From Clostridia bacterium (GTDB taxonomy: Bacteria > Bacillota > Clostridia > Oscillospirales > CAG-272), in assembly GCA_017508425.1 (NCBI GenBank), contig JAFVYZ010000021.1:68749-132748 (forward strand): 64,000 nt of DNA, written 5' to 3'. Each line of letters opens with the position of its first letter. The stretch's first letter is position 1. Made by a program: the position numbers and the translations under genes. The notes under the pieces were generated by a model. The model was given only the letters and a program-made list of their open reading frames with translations, had not been told where the DNA came from and made no database searches. Below, in pieces: positions 46,684-60,314 of the stretch.

Positions 46684-47445
46684 ATGGGCAGGATCATTGC
46701 ATTTGCCAACCAAAAGGGCGGCGTGGGCAAAACCACCACCGCCGTGAATGCCGCCGCGTGCCTCGGCTCTCTTGGCTTTGACACCTTGTTGATCGACTTG
46801 GATCCGCAGGGAAGTGCCACCAGCGGTGTCGGGATTCGCAAAAAAGGGCTTCGTTTTACCGTGCGCGACCTGCTTGTTGGCGGTTGCCGCGCCGAAGACG
46901 CCGTTTTGCCCACAAATTACCCCAAATTGCACCTGATTCCCGCCAACGTATCGCTTGCCGGCGCGGAATTTGACCTGCTTGCGGGGGAAGGGGATGAGGC
47001 GCACCTGAAAAACGCACTTGCCGACATCCGTTACCGCTACGATTACATCATTATTGATTGCCCGCCCTCGCTCGGCATGTTGACGGTAAACGCCTTGGCC
47101 GCCAGCGACGGCGTTGTGATCCCGATGCAGTGCGAATATTACGCACTCGAGGGTTTAACGCAGCTTTCGACCACCTTGGGGCACATCAAAAAGAAGTACA
47201 ACCCCAGGCTTTCCATGACCGGAATTTTGCTAACGATGCACAATAAGCGCCTTGCACTCTCGCTTCAGGTCAAATCCGAGCTTGAAAAGCACTACGGTGA
47301 CCGTGTTTTCACCACCACCATTGGTCGAAACGTTCGCCTTTCGGAGGCCCCGAGCTTTGGCAAACCGATCATTTATTACGATAAGCGCGCCAAGGGTGCT
47401 GAGGATTATATGAATTTTGCAAGGGAACTGCATGACCGTGCCTAA
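46684..47445 (+). CDS. soj: ParA/Soj chromosome-partitioning ATPase
   Basis: Deviant Walker A 'NQKGGVGKTTT'. 253 aa. Confidence 0.9.
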   Translation: MGRIIAFANQKGGVGKTTTAVNAAACLGSLGFDTLLIDLDPQGSATSGVGIRKKGLRFTVRDLLVGGCRAEDAVLPTNYPKLHLIPANVSLAGAEFDLLAGEGDEAHLKNALADIRYRYDYIIIDCPPSLGMLTVNALAASDGVVIPMQCEYYALEGLTQLSTTLGHIKKKYNPRLSMTGILLTMHNKRLALSLQVKSELEKHYGDRVFTTTIGRNVRLSEAPSFGKPIIYYDKRAKGAEDYMNFARELHDRA

Positions 47446-47503
47446 AAATGGTGCAAAGCAAGCATTTCCTTGCCCCCAAATATAAGAAAAGGAGAAAAAA
47501 CAC

Positions 47504-48403
47504 ATGGCCAAAAGACAAAGTGCTCTCGGTAAGGACTTTTACGCGATTCTTGATGACAACATCATGGGCATGAAGGAGGGTACTGCCACCACGCTCCGCG
47601 TGGCTGAGGTTGAGCCGCGCAGCGACCAGCCCCGTAAGCAATTTGACCGCGAGGCGCTCGAAGCACTCGCCGACAGCATCGCCGCATACGGTGTGCTGCA
47701 GCCCATTTTGGTGCGTCCGAACCCCAATTTCGAGGGAACTTACGAGATCATTGCGGGCGAACGCCGTTGGCGCGCCTCCAAAATGGCCGGTCTTACCGAA
47801 ATTCCCGCCGTTATTTTGGATGGCGACGATCAAAAGACTGCACAAATCGCCCTGATCGAAAACATTCAGCGCGAGGACCTCAACATCATTGAGGAAGCCT
47901 TGGGATATCAAGCGCTCATCGACCGCTTTGATATGACCCAAGAGGAGGTGGCAAAAATCGCCGGAAAATCACGCTCCGCTGTGGCAAACACCCTGCGCCT
48001 GCTTGATTTGCCCGAACGAGTTCTTGAGCTTTTGAAGGAAAAGGACGGATTTTTGACCGCAGGACACGCGCGCGCCCTGCTTGCCCTCAAAAACGAGGCG
48101 TTGATCATTCCCTTGGCCGAGCGCATTGCCGCCAAAAAGCTCTCTGTGCGTGATACCGAGACCTTGGTGAAGCGCGAAAACACCGAGCCGAAGGAGGAGC
48201 TGCCCGACATTACGGGACACGCGCAAAATCGCGTATGGGTCAAGGACATTGAGCGCCGCACGCGTGAATTCCTGGGCCGTAAGGTAAAAATTACGCAAAA
48301 CGACAAAAAACGCTCCATTGAGATCTTCTATGAGGACGATACCGATATGGAGGCACTGCTTACCGCCCTTTGCGGCGATGATTTCTTTGCCGAAGAGCAA
48401 TAA
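47504..48403 (+). CDS. spo0J: ParB/Spo0J chromosome-partitioning protein
   Basis: '[12 protein letters not shown]' and HTH '[23 protein letters not shown]'. Confidence 0.9.
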   Translation: MAKRQSALGKDFYAILDDNIMGMKEGTATTLRVAEVEPRSDQPRKQFDREALEALADSIAAYGVLQPILVRPNPNFEGTYEIIAGERRWRASKMAGLTEIPAVILDGDDQKTAQIALIENIQREDLNIIEEALGYQALIDRFDMTQEEVAKIAGKSRSAVANTLRLLDLPERVLELLKEKDGFLTAGHARALLALKNEALIIPLAERIAAKKLSVRDTETLVKRENTEPKEELPDITGHAQNRVWVKDIERRTREFLGRKVKITQNDKKRSIEIFYEDDTDMEALLTALCGDDFFAEEQ

Positions 48404-48420
48404 GAAAAGAGGACCAAATT

Positions 48421-49704
48421 ATGTTAGATATTCGTTTTATTAAAGAAAACCCCGATCTTGTCAAGGCACGTCTTGCTTCGCGCCAAAAGGATTACAGCGC
48501 GGAGATCGACCGTTTGCTCACGCTCGACGTGGAGCGCCGCGCGCTGATCGCCGATACCGAGCAAAAGAAGGCCGAGCAAAACAAGATCTCCAAGCAAATC
48601 CCCCTTTTCAAGAAGGAGGGAAAGGACGTAGCCCCCATTTTCGCTGAAATGAAAGCCTTGTCCGACACCGTGAAGGCCGAAAACGAGAAAATCGCCGCTA
48701 TGGATGCCGAGATCGCATCGCTTTTGCTCTCGATTCCCAACACCCCGAACGAAATGGTCCCCGTCGGCAAGGATGACACCGACAACGCCGAGCTGCGCCG
48801 TTGGGGCGAGCCGACCGCCTTTGATTTTGAGCCCAAGGCGCACTGGGATATCGGCAAGGATCTAAAGATCCTTGATCCCGACACCGCCGCCAAGGTCACG
48901 GGTGCCCGCTTCCACTTCTACCGCGGTATGGGCGCACGCCTTGAGCGCGCCATCATCAACTATTTCCTCGACACGCACACCGACCACGGCTACACCGAGA
49001 TCTTCCCCCCTTATATGGTCAACCGCGATTCGATGCGCGGCACGGGTCAGCTCCCGAAGTTTGAGGAGGATGCCTTCCGCGTGGCAAACAACGACTTCTT
49101 CCTCATCCCCACGGCTGAGGTGCCGGTAACCAACATGTACCGTGACGACATCCTGGACGGTGCCAAGCTCCCCTTGTCGTTTTGCGCATATTCGGCATGC
49201 TTCCGCGCCGAGGCAGGCTCCGCCGGCCGCGATACGAGAGGCCTGATTCGTCAGCACCAATTCAACAAAGTTGAATTGGTGAAATTCACCGCTCCCGAAA
49301 ATTCCTACGAGGAGCTTGAAAAGCTGACCAATGACGCCGAGCGCGTCCTGCAGGGTCTTGGGCTTCCCTACCGCGTGGTACGCCTTTGCTCGGGCGACCT
49401 CGGATTTTCGAGCGCGATGACCTACGATATTGAGGTCTATATGCCCTCGTACGGTCGCTACGTTGAAATTTCCTCTTGCTCCGACTTTGAGGATTACCAG
49501 GCACGCCGTGCCAACATCCGTTTCCGCGAGGCCCCCGGCGCCAAGCCCCGTTTGGTACACACCCTGAACGGCTCGGGCGTGGCCATCGGCCGCACCGTTG
49601 CGGCGATCCTTGAAAATTATCAAAACGAGGATGGCTCGGTGACCGTGCCCGAGGCTCTTCGTACCTACATGGGCTGCGACGTCATTCGCGCCGAAGAGCT
49701 TTGA
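48421..49704 (+). CDS. serS: serine--tRNA ligase
   Basis: 427 aa. N-terminal coiled coil and class II motifs ('[21 protein letters not shown]', '[12 protein letters not shown]'). Confidence 0.95.
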   Translation: MLDIRFIKENPDLVKARLASRQKDYSAEIDRLLTLDVERRALIADTEQKKAEQNKISKQIPLFKKEGKDVAPIFAEMKALSDTVKAENEKIAAMDAEIASLLLSIPNTPNEMVPVGKDDTDNAELRRWGEPTAFDFEPKAHWDIGKDLKILDPDTAAKVTGARFHFYRGMGARLERAIINYFLDTHTDHGYTEIFPPYMVNRDSMRGTGQLPKFEEDAFRVANNDFFLIPTAEVPVTNMYRDDILDGAKLPLSFCAYSACFRAEAGSAGRDTRGLIRQHQFNKVELVKFTAPENSYEELEKLTNDAERVLQGLGLPYRVVRLCSGDLGFSSAMTYDIEVYMPSYGRYVEISSCSDFEDYQARRANIRFREAPGAKPRLVHTLNGSGVAIGRTVAAILENYQNEDGSVTVPEALRTYMGCDVIRAEEL

Positions 49705-49790
49705 TGATACCCCCTCTCTCCCTCGCCTCTCTTTTTACATTAGGGGCGAGGGAATATAAAAATCTATCGCTTGACGGGAGTGATATTTTG

Positions 49791-50204
49791 ATGCTGACCT
49801 TTCTTGTTTACGGCATTTGCGGCGGCATCGTACTGGCATCCCTTTATTTGTTCTATCAAAAAAGCGTTCCGGGGAGCTTGGTGCGCGCGCTCCTCAAGGC
49901 CGAGGCCCTTTCTCCCGAAACGGCAAAGCCGCTGGATGACCTCGGGCTTCGCTTTTTGGAGCTCCTCTCCTTTGAGCTGCACCACAACCTTGCACTCCGA
50001 AAGCTCGTGCACCTCAAGGAAAGCGAGGAAGGTCCGCTTTATTACATTCCCGAAGAACTCAAATATCGCGCCGAACTGCAATTTGAGAAAAAGGGAAGCG
50101 AGATCCTTCGCCTCATTCTCACCGTGCTCTTGTCGGCAGCGCTTGCCGTTCTCCTTTTAAAAGCGATCCCATTTGCACTTTCGATCATAGATTCCGTTCT
50201 ATAA
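49791..50204 (+). CDS. hypothetical membrane protein
   Basis: ATG 49791 after GGGAG. Two hydrophobic segments. No family recognised. The start is uncertain (the ORF is open from 49701). Confidence 0.4.
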   Translation: MLTFLVYGICGGIVLASLYLFYQKSVPGSLVRALLKAEALSPETAKPLDDLGLRFLELLSFELHHNLALRKLVHLKESEEGPLYYIPEELKYRAELQFEKKGSEILRLILTVLLSAALAVLLLKAIPFALSIIDSVL

Positions 50205-50294
50205 GAAAAGCACTCCGCTTGCCGCACGTGGCCCGGAGTGCTTTTCCATTTTTTTCTATATTGCAAACACGGAGCAGTTGTAACGTCTTTTTGC

Positions 50295-50324
50295 TTGACA
50301 GTTTTACCATTTTTAGGGTATAAT
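50295..50324 (+). promoter_or_regulatory. sigma-A-type promoter
   Basis: TTGACA (50295-50300), 18 nt spacer, TATAAT (50319-50324). Confidence 0.6.
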
Positions 50325-50406
50325 AATAGGTGATCGCGTTACACTTGAACGGGTGAGAGCCTTTGCTTCCCGAAAAGAGAAATCCACGCGAGAAAAGAGG
50401 ATAATT

Positions 50407-52098
50407 ATGAAAAAGACCGAACGCATCTTTACACCGATGACCTCGTTTAAAGACATGGTTCCTTCCATTGCCGCACGCGGCGACAAAATAGCCTTCCGTT
50501 ACCCTACGGGGAAGACGTTTGGCTCCACCACCTATGCTGAATTTGCCGCAAAGATCAAGACGCTTGCCGCCGGATTTACGGCCATGGGCCTTGCCGACGA
50601 GCGCGTTGCCGTCATTGGCGAGACCTCGCCCGAATGGGTCGCCTCCTATCTTGCCATTACCGCGGCGGGCGGTATCGTCATTCCGATGGACAAGGAGCTG
50701 GCTATTGAGGAGATCGAGGGTCTGCTTGCCGGTGTAAACGCAAAAGCCATCGTTTACAGCGCCACCTTCCACAAAAAGCTGGAGCATGCAAGAGAAAACC
50801 ATCCCTCGCTCTCTATTTTCGTGCCTATTTCGCTCGAAAGCGAAACGGACGACGATCGTATCGTTTCATTTGACAACGTGCTTGAAATGGGCAAAAAATC
50901 GCTTGAGGCGGGCTATTCCTTCCCCACGCGCGATCCCGAGGCCATGGCTGTGATGCTCTTTACCTCGGGCACCACGGGCTCGAGCAAGTGCGTCATGCTC
51001 TCGGAGAAGAACATTTGCTCCTGTGTCAATTCGGCCTGCCAGACGGTAAATTTCAGCGAAAACGACACGACCGTGTCGGTCCTGCCGCTTCATCATACCT
51101 ATGAGCTGGCCATCATGCTTGCAAGCCTTTGCTACGGCATTACCATCGGCATCAACGACACGCTTCGTCACCTGATGCGCAATTTTGCCGAATTCAAGCC
51201 CACGGGCCTGGTACTGGTACCCCTGTTTGTCAACACGATGCACAAGAGGATCTGGGATGAGGCGCGTAAGAAGGGCAAGGATAAGCTCCTGCGCCGTATG
51301 ATCAAAATTTCAAACGGTCTGCGCCGCGTGGGGCTTGACCTGCGCCGCAAGCTCTTTGGATCGGTCCTGGGTGCCTTTGGCGGACGCCTTGAAAAGATCA
51401 TTTGCGGCGGCGCGCCCCTCAATCCCGAAATGGTAAAGAATTTTGAGGCCTTTGGCGTGCAGATCTGCGAGGGCTACGGTATTACCGAATGCTCGCCGCT
51501 GATCGCCGTTACCCCCTATTACGCCCCCAAGCCGGGGTCGGTGGGCCCTGCCGTGCCCTGCTGCGAGTCGCGCATTGCCAAGACGGGCAACAAAAATGAC
51601 AAGGGCTTTGACGAGGGTGAGATCCAGGTCAAGGGCGACAACGTCATGCTCGGCTATTACAACAATCCCGAGCAAAATGCAGCCTCCTTTACCGAGGACG
51701 GCTGGTACCGCACGGGCGACGTCGGCTATATGGATGAGGACGGCTACATCTACATCACAGGGCGTCTTAAATCCGTGATCGTGCTGGAAAACGGCAAAAA
51801 CGTCTTCCCTGAGGAAATCGAGGAGTACCTTGAAAAAATCGAGGAGATCGCCGAGAGCGTGGTGGTCGGCCGCAAGGATACCGACGGCGAAACGGTGCTC
51901 TTGACCGCGATCGTTTACCCCAACAAGGAGCTCTTTGGCGATGCCGATAACGAGACCGTTTACAAGACCATTTACGGAAAGCTGACCGAGCTCAATAAGA
52001 CCCTGCCTTCCTTCAAAAAGATCAAGGGCCTTGAGCTTCGCGACACCGAGTTTGAAAAGACCACCTCGCGCAAGATCAAGCGCCATTTGGTAAAATAA
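50407..52098 (+). CDS. AMP-dependent synthetase/ligase (long-chain fatty-acid--CoA ligase-like)
   Basis: Start at ATG 50407. 'MLFTSGTTGSSK' and 'YGITE' AMP-binding motifs, and 'WYRTGD'. Confidence 0.85.
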   Translation: MKKTERIFTPMTSFKDMVPSIAARGDKIAFRYPTGKTFGSTTYAEFAAKIKTLAAGFTAMGLADERVAVIGETSPEWVASYLAITAAGGIVIPMDKELAIEEIEGLLAGVNAKAIVYSATFHKKLEHARENHPSLSIFVPISLESETDDDRIVSFDNVLEMGKKSLEAGYSFPTRDPEAMAVMLFTSGTTGSSKCVMLSEKNICSCVNSACQTVNFSENDTTVSVLPLHHTYELAIMLASLCYGITIGINDTLRHLMRNFAEFKPTGLVLVPLFVNTMHKRIWDEARKKGKDKLLRRMIKISNGLRRVGLDLRRKLFGSVLGAFGGRLEKIICGGAPLNPEMVKNFEAFGVQICEGYGITECSPLIAVTPYYAPKPGSVGPAVPCCESRIAKTGNKNDKGFDEGEIQVKGDNVMLGYYNNPEQNAASFTEDGWYRTGDVGYMDEDGYIYITGRLKSVIVLENGKNVFPEEIEEYLEKIEEIAESVVVGRKDTDGETVLLTAIVYPNKELFGDADNETVYKTIYGKLTELNKTLPSFKKIKGLELRDTEFEKTTSRKIKRHLVK

Positions 52099-52109
52099 GC
52101 AACTATACA

Positions 52110-52141
52110 AAAAGAGCAGACAAAACGTCTGCTCTTTTTGT
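52110..52141. terminator. bidirectional rho-independent terminator
   Basis: A-run, stem agagcagac/gtctgctct, T-run. Confidence 0.8.
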
Positions 52142-52173
52142 AATTCTGCACCGTATCGTGCTTTTGTATTCCA

Positions 52174-52198
52174 CGGGCGATTCGTGAATCGCCCCTAC
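52174..52198 (-). repeat. REP-like hairpin (GTAGGGGCG...CGCCCG family)
   Basis: The reverse complement reads 'gtaggggcgattcacgaatcgcccg'. Confidence 0.65.
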
Positions 52199-52205
52199 AA
52201 GGGAC

Positions 52206-53171
52206 TCAATACGTCGCGGAATTGAGATACCATTGACCGGCCTGCAGGGTAAAGGAAACGGTCAGCGTTTGGATGACCCCCTCGTTTCCCGGCACGTAGG
52301 TGTCGATATCAATAAATACGTCCTTGGCGTTGCTTTTGCGTTTTTCACTCAACCGCATCGTATCAAAAAGGTACGCGCGCGAAACGTTTGCCGCCTTCCA
52401 GGTGTTTGATTTCATCAAATAGCTCTCACCCTCACTGTCGGTATGGTCGATGTAGCGTGCATACAGGGTTCCGCTCGTATTTTCGGATACCTTGATACCG
52501 GTAAAAATGCTCTCACAAACCGAGGAAAGAAAGTCGTTGGCGTAAACGGTCTCCGCCTTCATCTTGATCGCATCGATCGTAAGATAACCGGCGTCTGCAC
52601 GTACGTAATCGTAATTTTCGGGGTCGCTTGCCGTATAGTAAAGCTCAACCTCCTTTTCCTTGTAATCAGGCAGGGGAATATAATATTTCCCATCCTTTTC
52701 AAAAATCGCAGTAGGGTCCTGTGCGGTGCTTACCTTGGCGTAGCGATACTTGATCTTATCGGAGATCGTAAGTGCGCCGCCAAGCTCCACGTCGGCGTAG
52801 GCACCGTCTCCCACCTTCAAGCAATATTGATAGGCCAAAATTTCGCCCACCTCATTGTCGGTGAAGGTGTAGTAATATAATTTGTTGTCGGTCTCGGTGG
52901 CGGAATAAACATACACGTTATCCTGCTTTTCAAGATAAAAGGGGTGGCGGGTATAGCTTTGCTTATACACGCGCGGATACGTGGCAAGACCCTCCCCCCA
53001 AAAGATCTCGTTGATCTCGTGCGAAGCGTTGATGAGCGCCTCTACACGGGGCCTTAAGCTCTCGAGCGTCGGGGGACGGTTGTTGCGCACGTGGCGCACC
53101 ACCAAAAAGGTGCCGAGCGCGGCAAGGATCAAGGCCAATACCACGGCAACGGCGATCAAGCGTTTTTTCAT
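52206..53171 (-). CDS. hypothetical N-terminally membrane-anchored protein
   Basis: 321 aa. A single N-terminal TM ('LIAVAVVLALILAALGTFLVV'), then a Tyr/Asp-rich soluble domain. No family recognised. Confidence 0.5.
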   Translation of the reverse strand: MKKRLIAVAVVLALILAALGTFLVVRHVRNNRPPTLESLRPRVEALINASHEINEIFWGEGLATYPRVYKQSYTRHPFYLEKQDNVYVYSATETDNKLYYYTFTDNEVGEILAYQYCLKVGDGAYADVELGGALTISDKIKYRYAKVSTAQDPTAIFEKDGKYYIPLPDYKEKEVELYYTASDPENYDYVRADAGYLTIDAIKMKAETVYANDFLSSVCESIFTGIKVSENTSGTLYARYIDHTDSEGESYLMKSNTWKAANVSRAYLFDTMRLSEKRKSNAKDVFIDIDTYVPGNEGVIQTLTVSFTLQAGQWYLNSATY

Positions 53172-53246
53172 ATAAAGCTCCTGTTTTACCCCCGTTAGGG
53201 GGCATAGCCCCGAATATGCTTTGACATATTCGGGGCTGTCCTTATT

Positions 53247-55769
53247 TTATGAATTTTCGGCCTCGGGTGCCGTTTCGGCGGGTGCGGCCTCAGGGGCTGC
53301 TGCGGGAGCCGCCTCGGGGGTCCCCTCCACCTCTTCGTGCGCCACCTTCGAGAAGCCGGCCACCGTTTGCCCGTCCGAAAGGCGCATCACAATGACGCCT
53401 GCGGCGGTACGGGAGTAGGTGTTGATTTGAGCAACGGGGGTACGGATGATGGTACCAAGGTTGGTGATTGCCATCAGATCATCCTCATCGGTAACGGCGG
53501 CAATGCCCGAAAGCAGGCCGGTCTTTTCGGTGAGGTTGTGGCAGGTCACACCAAGGCCACCGCGACCCTTTACACGGAAATCCTCAAACGGGGTGCGTTT
53601 TCCGTAACCGTTTTCGGTGATGGTGATGAGCTGCTTGCTGTCGTCAACGATCACAGCACCCACCACGAAGTCGCCCTCGCGGAGTTTTACGCCACGCACA
53701 CCACGTGCGGTTCTGCCAAGAGGTCTTACTGCACTCTCGGTAAAGCGTGCGGCACTGCCCTCGTGCGTGGCAAGGAGGACGTCGCGGTCGCCCTTGCTGT
53801 GCATCACAAACACCAGCTCATCGCCCTCATCAAGGGAAAGTGCGATCTTGCCGCCCTTGCGCTGATACTCGTATTCCTTCAGCTTGGTGCGCTTAATAAC
53901 GCCGTTTTTCGTCACCATGGTGAGGAAATGCTCATCATCAAACTCGGATACGGCGATCATCGCGGTAATGGTCTCGCCCTGTACGGTTTCGACAACGTTT
54001 ACGATATTTGTGCCCTTTGCGGTGCGCGATGCCTCGGGGATCTGGTATGCCTTGCGCATAAATACCTTACCCGTATTGGTAAATAGCATCAAATAATCGT
54101 GGCTGTGCACGACCATGAGCTTTTCGATAAAGTCCTCCTCCTTGGTGGTCATACCGATAATGCCCTTGCCACCCTTATGCTGTACGGCATAGGTATCGGC
54201 AGGCTGGCGCTTGATATAACCCGCATGGGTGAGGGTAATGACGCAGTCGTGGCGCTCGATGAGATCCTCAAGATCGATGTCGTCGGTCGCCTCCACGATC
54301 TCAGTGCGACGCTCGTCGGCATACTTGCGGCGGATCTCAAGCATCTCCTGCTTGATGATATCCTTGACCTTTTGCTCATCGGCGAGCACAGCGCGAAACT
54401 CGGTGATCATTTGGTGGAGCCTTTGGAGCTCATCCTCGATCTTTTGTCTTTCAAGACCCGTCAGCTTACCAAGGGTCATTTCTACGATCGCCTGCGCCTG
54501 CGTTTCGGTCAGGCTGTACAGATTCATCAGCTTTTCCTTGGCGTCGGCCACCGATGCGGCGGCACGGATCAGTGCCACAACGTCGTCAATGTTATCGCCC
54601 GCGATCTTGTAGCCCTCAAGGATGTGTGCACGTGCCTCGGCCTTATCGAGGTCAAACTTGGTACGGCGAACGATCACGTCCTTTTGGTGAGCGATGTAAT
54701 GATCGAGAATTTGGGGCAGGTTCAGGACCTTCGGCTCCCCGTTCACAAGTGCCAGCATATTGATCGAGCAGGTATCCTGCAGCTGGGTGTATTTGTAAAG
54801 CTGGTTGAGAATGACCTGACCGTTGACGTCGCGACGGTAGGGAATGAGAATGCAAATACCGTTACGGTCGCTCGATACGTCCTTAATGTCGGTAATGCCG
54901 TCGATGCGCTTGTCCTTGACAAGCTCGGCGATCGACATCACGAGTGCGGATTTATTGACCTGGTAGGGAATTTCGGTCACCTTGATCTGATGATGCTCCT
55001 CATCGACCTCGCATTTCGCGCGCACCATCACGCGACCCTTGCCCGTGCGATAAGCATCCATGATGCCCTGCACACCGTAGCAGGTGGCGGCGGTGGGGAA
55101 GTCAGGACCCTTTACGTACTGCATCAACTCCTCGACCTCACAGTCGGGATTTTCCATACGGTAGATGGTCGCGTCGATCACCTCGCCCATATTGTGGGGC
55201 GGGATGTTGGTCGCCATACCGACCGCAATGCCGACCGAGCCGTTGACAAGCAGGTTCGGGAAGCGGGAGGGGAGCACCAGGGGCTCACGGCGACGGTTAT
55301 CAAAGTTCGGGCCAAAGGGCACGACCTCCTTTTCAAGGTCGGCCATCAGCTCGTTGGCGATCTTTGCAAGTCTTGCCTCAGTGTAACGGTATGCCGCAGG
55401 GCTGTCACCATCGATCGAGCCAAAGTTACCCTGACCCTCAACGAGGGGGTAACGGAGCGAGAAATCCTGCGCCATACGCACCATCGTGCCGTACACGGCG
55501 GCGTCACCGTGGGGGTGATAGCGACCAAGCACGTTACCGACGGTCGTTGCCGACTTGTAAAAGGGCTTGTCGGAGGTGAGGTGATCCTCGTACATGGCGT
55601 ACATAATGCGACGCTGACCGGGCTTCATACCGTCGCGCACGTCAGGCAGGGCTCTGGCCACGATGACCGACATCGAATACTCGATAAAGGCCTGCTTGAC
55701 ACGGTCGCTCATTTCAATATCCTGAATGATTTGATTCGGAAATTCAAGGTTTTCGTTCTTGTGATCCAT
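53247..55769 (-). CDS. gyrA: DNA gyrase subunit A
   Basis: 'GRYHPHGD' and the catalytic '[10 protein letters not shown]'. The Ala/Pro/Glu-rich C-terminal tail is notable. Confidence 0.95.
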   Translation of the reverse strand: MDHKNENLEFPNQIIQDIEMSDRVKQAFIEYSMSVIVARALPDVRDGMKPGQRRIMYAMYEDHLTSDKPFYKSATTVGNVLGRYHPHGDAAVYGTMVRMAQDFSLRYPLVEGQGNFGSIDGDSPAAYRYTEARLAKIANELMADLEKEVVPFGPNFDNRRREPLVLPSRFPNLLVNGSVGIAVGMATNIPPHNMGEVIDATIYRMENPDCEVEELMQYVKGPDFPTAATCYGVQGIMDAYRTGKGRVMVRAKCEVDEEHHQIKVTEIPYQVNKSALVMSIAELVKDKRIDGITDIKDVSSDRNGICILIPYRRDVNGQVILNQLYKYTQLQDTCSINMLALVNGEPKVLNLPQILDHYIAHQKDVIVRRTKFDLDKAEARAHILEGYKIAGDNIDDVVALIRAAASVADAKEKLMNLYSLTETQAQAIVEMTLGKLTGLERQKIEDELQRLHQMITEFRAVLADEQKVKDIIKQEMLEIRRKYADERRTEIVEATDDIDLEDLIERHDCVITLTHAGYIKRQPADTYAVQHKGGKGIIGMTTKEEDFIEKLMVVHSHDYLMLFTNTGKVFMRKAYQIPEASRTAKGTNIVNVVETVQGETITAMIAVSEFDDEHFLTMVTKNGVIKRTKLKEYEYQRKGGKIALSLDEGDELVFVMHSKGDRDVLLATHEGSAARFTESAVRPLGRTARGVRGVKLREGDFVVGAVIVDDSKQLITITENGYGKRTPFEDFRVKGRGGLGVTCHNLTEKTGLLSGIAAVTDEDDLMAITNLGTIIRTPVAQINTYSRTAAGVIVMRLSDGQTVAGFSKVAHEEVEGTPEAAPAAAPEAAPAETAPEAENS

Positions 55770-55790
55770 CGTAAAGCTCTCCTTTCTTCA

Positions 55791-57785
<1,995 letters not shown>

Positions 57786-58040
57786 TTAACCGTTTTGTTC
57801 GCTTCTGCCAAGGAGTGCCATGGTAGAAATTTGTGAAAAGCACACACCGCTCCCCTTTTCCTTTTCATAAAGAATAAAGGATTTCGGAATTTCCTCGTTG
57901 GCACTCTCTACCTCGCCGCGCCGCTGGGCACCTGCGAGAAACCGCCGCGTCGTGACCGACACGGTGGCGGTGTCGGCATCAAAAATACCGATGATCTTCT
58001 TTTTTCGAATGTTTTTATTATTTCCTACGTGTAAAAACAT
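57786..58040 (-). CDS. remB: DUF370 (RemB/YaaB-like) protein
   Basis: 'MFLHVGNNKNIRKKKIIGIFD' resembles the B. subtilis YaaB N-terminus. The gene holds the conserved position between recF and gyrB. An alternative start at 58052 overlaps the recF stop (ATGA). Confidence 0.7.
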   Translation of the reverse strand: MFLHVGNNKNIRKKKIIGIFDADTATVSVTTRRFLAGAQRRGEVESANEEIPKSFILYEKEKGSGVCFSQISTMALLGRSEQNG

Positions 58041-58048
58041 CGTTACCC

Positions 58049-59158
58049 TCATTCTATTTTTTCATAGGATCCGTTTTTCACAATAATTAAGTGATCGGCC
58101 TCAAGACCCTCTTTTTCACAGGTCGTCATAATGACCTGCTTGCCCCTTGCGTGACGGAGCAAATATTCTCTTCGACCGCGGTCAAGCTCGGACAGGACGT
58201 CGTCAAACAAAAACACGGGGTATTCGCCGCTGTCCTTTTTGCAAAGCTCTCCCTCGGCAATTTTCAAAGCCAACGCCAGGGAGCGTTGCTGCCCCTGCGA
58301 GCAAAAGCTGCGTGCCGATTTGCCGTTTAAGGTCACTTCTATATCATCCTTGTGAATTCCCCATAGGGTCGAGCCGGCGGCGATCTCACGCTCGGTATTC
58401 TCACTTAATTTTTGAAAAAGCCGTTTTTCGGTCGCGGCAAGATCCTCGTAATCGACGTCATCCTTTCCGCCTACACCGAGATAAAAAAGCTCCGGCTCCT
58501 CACGCTCGTTTGTCATTTCAAAAAAGCATTTTTTTACAAATTCAGCGGCCGCCCTTACATAACGGGCGCGGCTCCTTGCGATGTAAGCGCCCTCCCTTGC
58601 CAGCTGCTCCGACCAAACGGGTACGGTGGCCCGAAACAGGGCCATATCCCTTTCCGCCGTTTTCAGGAGCGCGTTTCGTTGCTTCAAAACACGGTTGTAG
58701 CGTTGCAGGGCCGAAAGATACAGCGGCTCGGCGGCACTGATCGCAATATCAAGAAACTGCCGACGCTCGGCGGGCCCGTCCTTGATCAGTGAAAGATGCT
58801 CGGGGCAAAAGAGCACGGCGCGAAAGCTGCCCACCAGCTCGGACATACGGCGGCATTTCACACGGTTCTTTTCGGCCGCGCGCACGCGACCCGCACCAAG
58901 ACAAAGGGAAATTTGCTGATCGCGGCCTCGGCCGTTAAATTCAAGCGACAGTGTGGCCTCACCTTGTCCGAAACGAATCAGGTCGTTAATGTGCTGACCG
59001 CGAAAGCTCTTCCCGATCGCCGCAAAGTAAACGGCCTCCAGTAAATTGGTCTTTCCCTCGGCATTGTCGCCGTAAATGACGTTGATGCCGTCGGTAAACT
59101 CTACCGCCGCTTCCTTAATGTTTCTAAAATCACATAACGTGATTTTCTTGACCTGCAT
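58049..59158 (-). CDS. recF: DNA replication/repair protein RecF
   Basis: Walker A 'GDNAEGKTNLLEA' and signature 'SQGQQRSLALALK'. Confidence 0.9.
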   Translation of the reverse strand: MQVKKITLCDFRNIKEAAVEFTDGINVIYGDNAEGKTNLLEAVYFAAIGKSFRGQHINDLIRFGQGEATLSLEFNGRGRDQQISLCLGAGRVRAAEKNRVKCRRMSELVGSFRAVLFCPEHLSLIKDGPAERRQFLDIAISAAEPLYLSALQRYNRVLKQRNALLKTAERDMALFRATVPVWSEQLAREGAYIARSRARYVRAAAEFVKKCFFEMTNEREEPELFYLGVGGKDDVDYEDLAATEKRLFQKLSENTEREIAAGSTLWGIHKDDIEVTLNGKSARSFCSQGQQRSLALALKIAEGELCKKDSGEYPVFLFDDVLSELDRGRREYLLRHARGKQVIMTTCEKEGLEADHLIIVKNGSYEKIE

Positions 59159-59159
59159 A

Positions 59160-60314
59160 TTACTCCTTCAGTCTGACGGGGAGCACCATAAAGATGTCTT
59201 CGCAGTTTTCAGCGCCTCCCTCTACCGGCTCAATGTTCACGGGCAGGGTGGATGCGGACATCGACAGGCGAATGGTCTCAGCCTCGCAAGCGCGCACCGA
59301 ATCAATAAGGAAGCGGTTGTTGAAGGCGATCAAAAGATCGGATCCCTCGTGCTCCATTTCAATTTCATCGTAGGTGCTGCCAGCGGCCGAGGATGCCATA
59401 ACCTTCAGAACATTGCCCTCAAGCTGAAGCTTCACGTGAGAGCGCACGCTTCCCGCCACGCGCTCCTCGGTAATCAGGGCCGCACGGTCAAGGGCCGCAA
59501 GCAGGGCGTCGCGATTGAGCGTTGCCTTAATGCGGTGCTGCTGAATGATAAAGCGATCATAATCAATGTAGGTGCCGTCGATCAAACGCGAAAAGAACAC
59601 CACGTCGTCAATGTGGAAAATAATATGACGGCGCGTCATGTAAATGGTCAGCTCCTTCTCCGCATCACCGGTGATGAGCTTATAAAGCTCGTTGACCGTT
59701 TTCACGGGTACGATAAAGCGGTAACGCAGGTCACTGCCATCCTTATTGTTATTTTTAATATCCGCTACCATTTTGCACTTGGCCAACTTAAAGCTGTTGC
59801 AGGATACAAGCAGGAGCTTGTCGGATTCTACCTCAAAGAAGCAGCCGTTGAGCTCAGGGCGTTGATCGTTTACACCCATTGCATACATGGTCTTGGTAAG
59901 CATTTCACGAAGCATGCCGCAGGTAAGAGAAAAGCCGCGCTCACTGTGAAGCAGGGGGAGCTCGGGGAACTCCTCACCCTTCAGTGCAATCATTTTATGA
60001 GAGGAGCGTCCGCTTTCAAAGATGGCGCAAAGCTGTGCATCCACAGTAAAGGTCACCTCTTCGCCATCCATTACGCGCATAATCGAAATAAACTTTTGCG
60101 CATTAATAATATAGGAACCTTCCTCTACCACCTTGGTCTCAATGGTGGTTCTCACACCCTTTTCGTGATCGTACGCTGTAAAGGTACAGGTATCGGGGTG
60201 CTTCGCCTCGATCAAAATGCCATCAATGGCCGAGAGCGTGGATTTGCCCGAGGCCGCGATCATCAAGGGAGAAACGGCACAAAGAATTTGCTGACGGTTC
60301 AAAATAAGTTTCAT
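59160..60314 (-). CDS. dnaN: DNA polymerase III beta sliding clamp
   Basis: 384 aa with a GAGAGGAA RBS. Position and three-domain length fit. The C-terminus is '...MVLPVRL'. Confidence 0.9.
   Translation of the reverse strand: MKLILNRQQILCAVSPLMIAASGKSTLSAIDGILIEAKHPDTCTFTAYDHEKGVRTTIETKVVEEGSYIINAQKFISIMRVMDGEEVTFTVDAQLCAIFESGRSSHKMIALKGEEFPELPLLHSERGFSLTCGMLREMLTKTMYAMGVNDQRPELNGCFFEVESDKLLLVSCNSFKLAKCKMVADIKNNNKDGSDLRYRFIVPVKTVNELYKLITGDAEKELTIYMTRRHIIFHIDDVVFFSRLIDGTYIDYDRFIIQQHRIKATLNRDALLAALDRAALITEERVAGSVRSHVKLQLEGNVLKVMASSAAGSTYDEIEMEHEGSDLLIAFNNRFLIDSVRACEAETIRLSMSASTLPVNIEPVEGGAENCEDIFMVLPVRLKE

Noticed and set aside
53172-53246. Strong hairpins (agccccgaatat/atattcggggct and ccccc-gtta-ggggg) between gyrA and the downstream gene, as a possible terminator
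   Set aside because: On the transcribed (minus) strand no U-run follows either stem. They may be RNA-stability or processing structures, but I cannot support a terminator call.
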